The notes under the pieces are model-generated. The model was not told the DNA's origin, ran no database searches, and saw nothing but the letters and a program-made list of their open reading frames with translations. From a virus: 32,000 nt of DNA. Shown piece by piece: positions 1-6,422 of this stretch. The stretch's first letter is position 1. Every line of letters begins with the position of its first letter. The translations under genes and the position numbers were made by a program. Where the stretch lies: the IMG/VR virus record IMGVR_UViG_3300029374_000341, positions 1-32,000 of that record. One strand, 5' to 3'.

Positions 1-103
1 GTTTTCACACCTCCTGTACTATTAGTATAGCATAAATTGACGAAACAATCATGCAAATGCACTATAGTGCAAAATCTTTCTATAATTGACTAATTTTGCA
101 AGG

Positions 104-340
104 TTAAATGAACAGCAGCCCACGGCTATCATAGACCGAAGCGCCGTTATCATTGCCACAACGGATAGCACGGTCAAACACCATGATTGTCACCACGGCT
201 CCGCCGATTTTATCTGTAGATTTCTTTTTGTACGTCTTGATGTTCCCGACCGTGGTGATGAGAAAATATAGTGGCTGCATTCGTGCGTTGCCGGAGTCTT
301 TCGTCATGACATCAAAGAGCTTGCGGTGAGGAGTAGTCAG
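104..340 (-). pseudogene. degraded phage terminase large-subunit remnant (internally deleted fragment)
   Basis: Open frame LTTPHRKLFDVMTKDSGNARMQPLYFLITTVGN..KIGGAVVTIMVFDRAI..SVYDSRGLLFI*. From memory it resembles two non-adjacent conserved blocks of Terminase_1-type TerL (GARxQPLxxxITTAG and the C-terminal KIDGxVAxIMAxxRA...VYexRG end), here joined within ~80 codons. GC is visibly higher than in the flanks. Confidence 0.3.
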
Positions 341-434
341 TTAAGACATCACTTCAATATACCAAAGTCTTTTTGATAGTTTCTGCAATAAAATATTATA
401 TGAGCTTTTCTGTCTATCAAGACTACATTTTATT

Positions 435-665
435 TTATATATGTAGTAATATAATCAAAATAATAAGAATCCAGAATATAGAATAAAACAATCGATAGGA
501 TTTATAATCTTTGTTCTTTATACTACTGTAAATATTAAAAACTGATACTAAGAAAATAGCAGGGAGTATTCCATAAGCATATACTTTAAAGTATTGCTTG
601 AAACATACGTTCATTATAAACGCAGCACCAATTAAAATATCCATTATTACATTAAGAATTTTCAT
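435..665 (-). CDS. small hydrophobic membrane protein, unknown function
   Basis: 76-aa ORF with two to three hydrophobic segments (ILIGAAFIMNV, YGILPAIFLVSVF, IFWILIILIILL). No clear SD. Confidence 0.4.
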   Translation of the reverse strand: MKILNVIMDILIGAAFIMNVCFKQYFKVYAYGILPAIFLVSVFNIYSSIKNKDYKSYRLFYSIFWILIILIILLHI

Positions 666-742
666 AATGTTCTTGTCTAGATATGATAAATCTATTCCTT
701 TCTTTAGGATAATTATATCAAATTAAACAGTCAATTCTCCAT

Positions 743-774
743 CAAAAAAAAGATGTATCCATTACGAATACATC
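743..774 (-). terminator. rho-independent terminator after the BI-1 family gene
   Basis: Minus strand GATGTAT-TCGTAATGG-ATACATC hairpin followed by a T-rich run of 8-9 nt (A-run 743-751 on plus). It overlaps the stop codon at 774-776. Confidence 0.6.
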
Positions 775-1484
775 TATTTGTTGTTACGATTTCCCATGCC
801 AATTAATTGTAGGATTCTTAAGAAAATATTCAAGAAATCCAAATACAATTGTAAAGCCATGAAGATTGCGATCTTATCTTGTGCTACGACTGAACCATCC
901 GATTGAATCAATAAACGATTCATTCTTTGTACATCCCAAACTGTGATGCCTGTAAAAATCAATAGAGTAATGATAGAAAGCAAGCGAACATCCATACTAA
1001 CTCTAAATAACATCATAAAGCATTGTGTAATAATCAATACAAAAAGTCCAATCATACATAATGAGCCAAAGCTAGTAAAATCTTTTTTTGATGTTGTACC
1101 AATAACAGCTAAACTAATAAAGTAAACTGCACTGACTAGAAAAGCAGTACCAATTGTAGCTACATCATATACATAGCCAATCGAAGTAAGTGAAACGCCC
1201 ATACAGATGGCATAAAGCACTAACATGACTTTCATGCCTGTACTTGATGTCGATCTTGCCATAGAAACACCAAAGGCAATGGACAATATAAATGGTGCAA
1301 TCACAAACAACATGAATAGAAATGGCATGGTACTCAATAAAATCAATAAAGCATTTGTAGCATATAAACCATAAGATACAATTGCCGTGATGGATAAGGC
1401 AATAGCCATCCATGCATAAGACTTCAACAAAGCACTTTTTAAAGTGCTTGTTGAGTAATAATTCATTGAATCGTTGTTAAACAT
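774..1484 (-). CDS. BAX inhibitor-1 / YccA family integral membrane protein
   Basis: 236 aa with about 7 hydrophobic helices. The C-terminal block DKIAIFMALQLYLDFLNIFLRILQLIG is typical of the Bax1-I/UPF0005 family. AAAGGA SD before the ATG. Confidence 0.85.
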   Translation of the reverse strand: MFNNDSMNYYSTSTLKSALLKSYAWMAIALSITAIVSYGLYATNALLILLSTMPFLFMLFVIAPFILSIAFGVSMARSTSSTGMKVMLVLYAICMGVSLTSIGYVYDVATIGTAFLVSAVYFISLAVIGTTSKKDFTSFGSLCMIGLFVLIITQCFMMLFRVSMDVRLLSIITLLIFTGITVWDVQRMNRLLIQSDGSVVAQDKIAIFMALQLYLDFLNIFLRILQLIGMGNRNNK

Positions 1485-1816
1485 ATTAATCCTTTTTCTG
1501 GATTAACCCCTTACCTTTAAAATGGTAAATAAGTTAATCTTCCTTTCTCCTCTAACCGCCCTTATCTTCTCATATTTTCACCTATATTACTACATTTTAT
1601 TTTGTAAAATTTTAAAAAATATTCCATTTTATATGCCACTGCACCAAAGTTTTATGCCACAGATTCATAAATTTCCTTCCTTATTATTATATATAGGCAT
1701 ACAAAAAAGCCTCCTGCTGGCATGGAGACTTTTCTGCTATAAAGAATATCTTTTTAGGAAAGGGCGTGTCACAATTAACACATCAATAATATATCACCTA
1801 AATTAAATTATTTGTT

Positions 1817-1856
1817 AAAAAAACAAAAAACCATACCTGATGTGGATGAGGTATGG
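1817..1856 (-). terminator. rho-independent terminator (minus strand)
   Basis: Minus strand CCATACCT-CATCCACATC-AGGTATGG (8-bp stem) followed by TTTTTTGTTTTTTT. Confidence 0.7.
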
Positions 1857-2026
1857 AATCGTTTTGGTGACAATTTCTAGAAAGGGGAATTTTTAGCGAT
1901 TGTCACATTTTGTTGTTGTTTGCTAGTGCCACAAAGAGAAATGTTAAGATTCAATTACACGTCTGCAATTTGCACTACACCAAAGAGAGTTTAGGCCTTT
2001 ATCACTCTACTTTTCCTAGCAACATG

Positions 2027-2035
2027 ATTATATCA
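2027..2035 (-). promoter_or_regulatory. extended -10 promoter element TGATATAAT
   Basis: Perfect TGnTATAAT on the minus strand immediately downstream of the 2055-2078 hairpin. It would drive a ~190-nt structured transcript ending at the 1817-1856 terminator. Confidence 0.35.
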
Positions 2036-2054
2036 CATAAATGCATAAGCCACT

Positions 2055-2078
2055 AAAAAAGCCCTGATAAACAGAGCT
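2055..2078 (-). terminator. rho-independent terminator (minus strand)
   Basis: Minus strand AGCTCTG-TTTAT-CAGGGCT (7 bp including one G.U) followed by TTTTTT. Confidence 0.45.
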
Positions 2079-2122
2079 ACCCTAGATTAATATCAAATTT
2101 ATATTAACCTTAAACCTATTAA

Positions 2123-2131
2123 ATTATAGCA
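2123..2131 (-). promoter_or_regulatory. extended -10 promoter element TGCTATAAT
   Basis: Perfect TGnTATAAT on the minus strand. It is part of the 16-nt direct repeat AATTATAGCATAAAAA shared with 2341-2356. Confidence 0.35.
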
Positions 2132-2342
2132 TAAAAATGCAAAAACAACTAAACAACTAAATGCCTAGTGGTTTCGTTTCTCCTTATACCTAATAAATGG
2201 TATACGAGATAATGGCATAAACCGCATAGATACATACGATTTAAGGTGCTCCTTGTACATTAGTACATGAGCTACTCTTTAGCTAGCTAAAAAAAACACA
2301 CACGGTTAACGTATAATTCTCGTGTACCAATGGTCTGACTTA

Positions 2343-2351
2343 ATTATAGCA
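2343..2351 (-). promoter_or_regulatory. extended -10 promoter element TGCTATAAT
   Basis: Perfect TGnTATAAT on the minus strand directly after the T-run of the 2353-2384 terminator. Confidence 0.35.
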
Positions 2352-2352
2352 T

Positions 2353-2384
2353 AAAAAAAGAGCCTATGAACTTAATCATAGGCT
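2353..2384 (-). terminator. rho-independent terminator closing the prophage lysis/late operon
   Basis: Minus strand AGCCTATGA-TTAAGT-TCATAGGCT (perfect 9-bp stem), then C and TTTTTTT. It lies ~130 nt downstream of the endolysin stop. Confidence 0.75.
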
Positions 2385-2511
2385 AAAAATATACGAAAAA
2401 TAGTTGAAGGATTTGTGTCATTTTTTAAATTATGACACTTTTTTTGATATTTAATTGTAATTTTTGCACATTTTGTACAATTTCGACGTTTTTATGTTCA
2501 CATTTGCATTT

Positions 2512-3615
2512 TTATGCAATTTCTGTTAATGGTGTTGGGTCAACCCAAATGCCGCCAATTTTAACGATGTTCTTTTGAACATTAACCGCATCGACTCTGA
2601 TTCGAGATACATAGACTACTGCATTTGTAGTATGCAATACATTGTCATTATATCCATCTGAATTTGGTACTTTATCGACTAAGCGAATTGGAAACCAACC
2701 ACCTAATTGTGATAGGTATGCACATAAATCATCACCAATCTTCTTTAAGCCTTGATTGCCGATTTTCATATGTACAGATGTCACATAACTGCCTTCATGC
2801 AAAATTTGGTCGATAGCTTCTGCATTAGATTGTGTAGCACCTACTGGCACGTGAGGGTCTGTATCAATACCCCCATCATTTGTCCATCCAATCGCTACCC
2901 CATTACGATCAATACGATATGGATATTTAGCACCTTTAATAACTCTACCAATTGAACCGTTCCAATCTCCTTTTAAGATTTTAGAAGTTCCGTAGCAGTT
3001 AACGCTTAATGTATTTGTGCAGATAGGTGTACCGACTGAATACTTTTCACCACTTGGAGCGCTTGGAACACTTGGAACACTTGGTTGTGTTGGTGCTACA
3101 GTTTGACCATCCAATCTAGCATTTACTTCTTGTGCTAATTGAGGCATTTTCGAATGTAAATAAGGACCTGGGCAAGATGTTGCTGCGAACATTCTATGTT
3201 CTGTCAAGCTACCAGTTGAATCACCAGTGTAGTTTAATCTGAATCCATATCGTTTACATACATCAACACATAAATTTACCAATGCATTCCATGCTTTTGG
3301 TGAGATTGTCCATGTATCTGTATTATCATTAGCAATTTCAATTGTAACTGATTGGCAATCATTGTAGTAGTTTGATGATGTCCACGCTCTATTTTCTTCA
3401 TCGACATTAGCTACAATCGTACCGTCTGAACCAATGCAATAGTTTGCACTAGCCATTCTTCCGCTTACTTGGAATGACTGAGCACATCGTTCTGCCGACC
3501 ACGTGCATGCCATATGGTGAGGTGTAATTTTACAAACTTTATAACCACCTCTACCACGCATATAGTTATCTGCACTAGCAGGAATATATTTATTAGTTAA
3601 GCTTGAGTAAGACAT
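2512..3615 (-). CDS. endolysin: N-acetylmuramoyl-L-alanine amidase (Amidase_2/PGRP type) with C-terminal cell-wall-binding region
   Basis: 367 aa. The N-terminal domain has HHMA...SANYCIG.DG...AWTS...SVTIEIAN...EHRMFAATSCPG, as in Amidase_2. A Pro/Ser linker (PTQPSVPSVPSAPSG) precedes a ~190-aa C-terminal domain. It is the last gene after the holin. Confidence 0.9.
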   Translation of the reverse strand: MSYSSLTNKYIPASADNYMRGRGGYKVCKITPHHMACTWSAERCAQSFQVSGRMASANYCIGSDGTIVANVDEENRAWTSSNYYNDCQSVTIEIANDNTDTWTISPKAWNALVNLCVDVCKRYGFRLNYTGDSTGSLTEHRMFAATSCPGPYLHSKMPQLAQEVNARLDGQTVAPTQPSVPSVPSAPSGEKYSVGTPICTNTLSVNCYGTSKILKGDWNGSIGRVIKGAKYPYRIDRNGVAIGWTNDGGIDTDPHVPVGATQSNAEAIDQILHEGSYVTSVHMKIGNQGLKKIGDDLCAYLSQLGGWFPIRLVDKVPNSDGYNDNVLHTTNAVVYVSRIRVDAVNVQKNIVKIGGIWVDPTPLTEIA

Positions 3616-3701
3616 TCTTCTTCACCTTCTTCTTTACCATTACTCAATTCTGTTTGAGCTTCTTCTGATAGTTCTTCAAATTTTACTTCTTTTTCTTCCA
3701 T
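3597..3701 (-). CDS. small acidic ORF (34 aa) between the lysis genes
   Basis: Below the ORF-track cutoff. AGGAGG SD 9 nt upstream of the ATG at 3701. MEEKEVKFEELSEEAQTELSNGKEEGEEECLTQA*. The 3' end overlaps the endolysin start. Confidence 0.35.
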   Translation of the reverse strand: MEEKEVKFEELSEEAQTELSNGKEEGEEECLTQA

Positions 3702-3713
3702 GATTCTGTCCTC

Positions 3714-4109
3714 CTAATTCTTCTCGACTAAAAAGTCCTGGATTTCCTTTCGTGTAGCCTTTAGGCTTTCTTTATCATCTTCCGATAACATTCCATCGAG
3801 GATGGCCATGTTCGCCTTTAACATCAGATCGCCTCGCTTCTTGTCCTCTTCCAACCGATCATCATGATCTGATAGGATGCGAGTATGTTCTTCTAATTTG
3901 CGATTGATACCTTCCTGATTCAAGGTTATCTTTTCAAGCGAATTCAATCGTTCGTTATCTCGATGCAATAATTCTGTATGTCTCTTCACCGTTTCTTTAA
4001 GATCATCACTCGGCTTTTTTAGCTCCTTGATAATCTTAATAGTGGCCCAGACAAGACCAATAAAAGTAAGACACCAGACAATCTGTTCACTAGTAATCAC
4101 AAAGTTCAT
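3714..4109 (-). CDS. membrane-anchored coiled-coil protein of the lysis cassette (function unknown)
   Basis: N-terminal TM (IVWCLTFIGLVWATIKII) followed by a charged helical region. I prefer the ATG at 4109 (GAGGG 9 nt upstream) over the track's GTG at 4124. Confidence 0.6.
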   Translation of the reverse strand: MNFVITSEQIVWCLTFIGLVWATIKIIKELKKPSDDLKETVKRHTELLHRDNERLNSLEKITLNQEGINRKLEEHTRILSDHDDRLEEDKKRGDLMLKANMAILDGMLSEDDKESLKATRKEIQDFLVEKN

Positions 4110-4120
4110 TACCAGCGCCC

Positions 4121-4360
4121 TCACTGATTTTCTTTCGTTTCTTCATCTTCAGTATAGGGTGTCTCTACTTCTGGTAATCCGGCTAAGGATGTCAATAATG
4201 ACAAAATTCCAGCCAAAGCAGTGCTTGATACTACAACTTTAAGATCCACTTGTTCCATCATTTGTGACGTTCCAATCATTGCGATTGCAGTCTGACACAT
4301 TGTTTTTAAGCAGCGTGTGCATGCTGCACTCCACCATTTAGCATTTTTCAATTGTTCCAT
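4121..4360 (-). CDS. holin, r1t-like family
   Basis: 79 aa. RCLKTMCQTAIAMIGT...VDLKVVVSSTALAGILSLLTSLAGLPE matches the r1t-holin pattern (R.lKTfaQtaig..g....vdw...l.vs..a.v.SlLTSlag.P). Acidic C-tail. Located upstream of the endolysin. Confidence 0.8.
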   Translation of the reverse strand: MEQLKNAKWWSAACTRCLKTMCQTAIAMIGTSQMMEQVDLKVVVSSTALAGILSLLTSLAGLPEVETPYTEDEETKENQ

Positions 4361-4363
4361 ATT

Positions 4364-4588
4364 CTATCTCTCCTTGCTAACTCCATAGTTATCAACAATG
4401 TTCCAGTCATCACATGCACAATTGCTGATTGTATATACAATATCGTCTGAATCCGTTAATTTTAAATCAATACCATCTTTCGTATGCATCATGATGATTC
4501 CATCGACGATATGCCAATATCCACTCCAGTGACTACGAGCAACCTTGTGGCCACGAGTCATCGAAATAAATGCAGATGCAAAATTCAT
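4364..4588 (-). CDS. DUF2829-like small protein (Tad2-family candidate)
   Basis: 74 aa from the ATG at 4588 (GGAGG 8 nt upstream). MNFASAFISMTRGHKVARSHWSG...IIMMHTKDG...CACDDWNIV follows the DUF2829 pattern (MxFxeAl..lk.GkkvaR..W......i.m.t.dG......DDWei). Confidence 0.55.
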   Translation of the reverse strand: MNFASAFISMTRGHKVARSHWSGYWHIVDGIIMMHTKDGIDLKLTDSDDIVYTISNCACDDWNIVDNYGVSKER

Positions 4589-4614
4589 ATACAATTCCTC
4601 CTTTTAAATTTTGT

Positions 4615-4639
4615 AAAAAAAGAGCCTATTTCTAGACTC
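4615..4639 (-). terminator. rho-independent terminator after the DUF3850 gene
   Basis: Minus strand GAGTCTA-GAAA-TAGGCTC (7 bp, one mismatch) followed by TTTTTTT. Confidence 0.5.
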
Positions 4640-4647
4640 CGCAATAT

Positions 4648-4896
4648 CTATAATTTAGTTACGTTTAACATCACATAACCATCTTTGAAACCATCGTTAG
4701 TTGTGATGCTACGAATTTGTGCCATTCTGAATAATCCAGTATCCGTTTCTTTGCCTTCATCTAAAGAAACTTGCTTGAATAACACATAATCTTGTTCGTT
4801 GATTTGTTTATCCGTCAAATCAAGAATAATAAAATCGTGTTCTTGGAAAAAATTCCATAATTTAGTATTTAAATTGATTTCATGTGTTTTAACCAT
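4648..4896 (-). CDS. DUF3850 / ASCH-like domain protein
   Basis: 82 aa from the ATG at 4896 (AGGAGG 8 nt upstream). MVKTHEINLNTKLWNFF...DYVLFKQV...GLFRMAQIRSITTNDGFKDGYVMLNV resembles DUF3850 (THelKi.p.yF......D.l.l.E.......tGr.....i..i.....lk.gyvvl). The track's longer 121-aa version overlaps the recombinase start and lacks an RBS. Confidence 0.55.
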   Translation of the reverse strand: MVKTHEINLNTKLWNFFQEHDFIILDLTDKQINEQDYVLFKQVSLDEGKETDTGLFRMAQIRSITTNDGFKDGYVMLNVTKL

Positions 4897-4940
4897 ATAA
4901 AATCCTCCTATTAATATAAAAAAAGCGAGGTAAAACAAAA

Positions 4941-5834
4941 ATGCTATATTCAGAAAAATTAACATCTTGGTTAAAAGAAAAGAAAATCTATCTAAAATAC
5001 AGCACTTACACAAATTATTGTAATGTGATCCACAATCACATCATGCCAAAACTAGGCAATTATCAGATTGAAGATTTGAACAACGATATTCTGCAGGAGT
5101 TTATTCTTCAAAAACTTGAAAATGGTCGTAAAGATGGAAAAGGTGGCATATCATTCAAATATGCCAAAGACATTATTCAAATTCTTAAATTTACGCTTCC
5201 ATTCAAAGTCGATGTTCAGTTACCTTACCATCCTCCTAAGGCGGTTGAGATTTTTGAAAAAGAACATCAAATTTCATTGATTAATCACCTCCAATCTGAG
5301 ATCAACTGTAAAAACTTTGGAATACTTTTATGCATCCACACCGGAATACGCATAGGTGAACTATGCGCTTTGAAATGGTCTGATATAAATGTACAGACCA
5401 AACTTTTAAAAATCGACAAAACCATGATACGAACATACACAAAAGAAGACGGTAGTCATCTTTCAATAACACCGTCTAAATCACGTTCTAGCACTCGTAT
5501 GATTCCGTTGAACACTTGGATAATGCATTACGCAATACTGCTTCAAGGTGATGCAGACAACTATGTGTTAACGAATCGAGATAAACCAATAGAACCTAAT
5601 AAATATAGGCTTTACTACAACCGAATATTGAAAGAACTTGAACTCCCACATCGTAAATTCCACGCGCTCCGACACACATTTGCAACTAGATGTATAGAAT
5701 GTGGATGTGACTATAAATCATTGAGTGAATTGCTTGGACATTCAAACGTATCAATTACCATGAATATATATGTACATCCGCAAATGGAGTTAAAACGAAA
5801 ATGTGTAGAATTGCTTTGTGATTACTATAAGTAA
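4941..5834 (+). CDS. tyrosine recombinase (Xer/phage-integrase family), predicted tail-fibre shufflon invertase
   Basis: 297 aa and the only long plus-strand gene in the prophage. GAGG RBS. Catalytic blocks are visible: HTGIRIGEL (Arg I), FHALRHTFAT (H-x-x-R), LLGHSNVSITMNIYVH (His II / Tyr). The stop at 5832-5834 lies 2 nt before crossover core A. Confidence 0.85.
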   Translation: MLYSEKLTSWLKEKKIYLKYSTYTNYCNVIHNHIMPKLGNYQIEDLNNDILQEFILQKLENGRKDGKGGISFKYAKDIIQILKFTLPFKVDVQLPYHPPKAVEIFEKEHQISLINHLQSEINCKNFGILLCIHTGIRIGELCALKWSDINVQTKLLKIDKTMIRTYTKEDGSHLSITPSKSRSSTRMIPLNTWIMHYAILLQGDADNYVLTNRDKPIEPNKYRLYYNRILKELELPHRKFHALRHTFATRCIECGCDYKSLSELLGHSNVSITMNIYVHPQMELKRKCVELLCDYYK

Positions 5835-5836
5835 AT

Positions 5837-5849
5837 GTATGTCCTTTAC
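5837..5849 (+). repeat. shufflon crossover core copy A (GTATGTCCTTTAC)
   Basis: Identical 13-mer read on the plus strand here and on the minus strand at 6410-6422 and 6661-6673. Copies A and C share 16 nt (GTATGTCCTTTACATC). Confidence 0.85.
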
Positions 5850-6141
5850 ATCAAAATCTGTGGGAGGTGAATACAATCATTTACTTACTGAAAACGAAAT
5901 GCCTATACATAGACACTACGAATATATATTCGTTAAAGGATATCCGGATTGGCCTGTAGTAGATGTAAATGCATATGGAGTCATGATTGACTTTGCAACA
6001 TCAAACTATGTAGCTCCAAATCAAAGTGTTAATGCAACTGATACAAATACATTTGCACATACAGAATTTGCAGGGGGTAACACTGAACACAATAACATGC
6101 AACCATATTTAGTTGTTTTCTTTTGGCGAAGGGTAAAATAG
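5839..6141 (+). CDS. silent tail-fibre C-terminal cassette A (tail-collar tip module, promoterless, opposite strand to the fibre gene)
   Basis: MSFTSKSVGGEYNHLLTENEMPIHRH...GGNTEHNNMQPYLVVFFWRRVK parallels the last 83 aa of the fibre ORF 6423-8258. No RBS of its own. It begins inside core A. Confidence 0.75.
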   Translation: MSFTSKSVGGEYNHLLTENEMPIHRHYEYIFVKGYPDWPVVDVNAYGVMIDFATSNYVAPNQSVNATDTNTFAHTEFAGGNTEHNNMQPYLVVFFWRRVK

Positions 6142-6420
6142 CTACTTGATACGTCTCCAAAAGTAAGTTACCACGTAAGGTTGTACATTATCGTGAGGTT
6201 TGTTTCCGCCTGTTGGATATGTTTGACCGTACCAATAATAATTAGTTCTCTCAGCACGTTCAGTGGCTCTCGTAAAAGGAACATCACTATATGGATTACC
6301 ATATAATGCAGTGGTTACATCAGTTTGTTGGTCTAAGATCCAATGCGTATGGCTCGGTAGCTCTTCACGTGTAAGTTTATGATAGTAGTCTCCACCAATC
6401 CATCCAGCAGTAAAGGACAT
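6142..6420 (-). CDS. silent tail-fibre C-terminal cassette B (tail-collar tip module)
   Basis: MSFTAGWIGGDYYHKLTREELPSHTH...GGNKPHDNVQPYVVTYFWRRIK. It starts 2 nt after the fibre stop with no SD and begins inside core B. It abuts cassette A tail-to-tail with zero spacer. Confidence 0.75.
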   Translation of the reverse strand: MSFTAGWIGGDYYHKLTREELPSHTHWILDQQTDVTTALYGNPYSDVPFTRATERAERTNYYWYGQTYPTGGNKPHDNVQPYVVTYFWRRIK

Positions 6421-6422
6421 AC
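6410..6422 (-). repeat. shufflon crossover core copy B (GTATGTCCTTTAC on minus strand)
   Basis: Exact 13-mer. It is in direct orientation relative to core C and inverted relative to core A. Confidence 0.85.

Noticed and set aside
59-70. Perfect 12-bp palindrome GCACTATAGTGC near the window start
   Set aside because: It is a single isolated palindrome with no associated gene in the window, and it cannot be interpreted without the upstream sequence.
1522-1806. 94-aa plus-strand ORF in the BI-1 upstream region
   Set aside because: It has Phe/Leu/Tyr-rich AT-driven composition and no SD. It sits in what is most simply the promoter/leader region of the minus-strand BI-1 gene, and it contains a minus-strand terminator-like hairpin (GTCTCC...GGAGGC + T6 near 1713-1745).
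2400-2511. Short CACATTT/TGCA-containing repeats and a plus-strand hairpin GTGTCAT-N10-ATGACAC + T7 just downstream of the endolysin
   Set aside because: The repeats are short and imperfect in very AT-rich DNA. The hairpin has no upstream plus-strand gene to terminate. It may be part of a bidirectional terminator region, but that is not supportable as a separate feature.
4897-5013. 5' extension of ORF 4648-5013 (MCKCCILDRFSFLL...)
   Set aside because: The extension overlaps the recombinase start on the other strand and has no RBS. The internal ATG at 4896 has a perfect AGGAGG and begins the recognisable DUF3850 sequence.
4941-5834. The recombinase could simply be the prophage integrase
   Set aside because: It lies inside the late region, with holin and endolysin (clearly phage genes) still beyond it. 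The prophage end is about 2.5 kb further left. Its stop is 2 nt from a core sequence repeated exactly at the two points where fibre tip modules begin. A dual role cannot be excluded from sequence alone.
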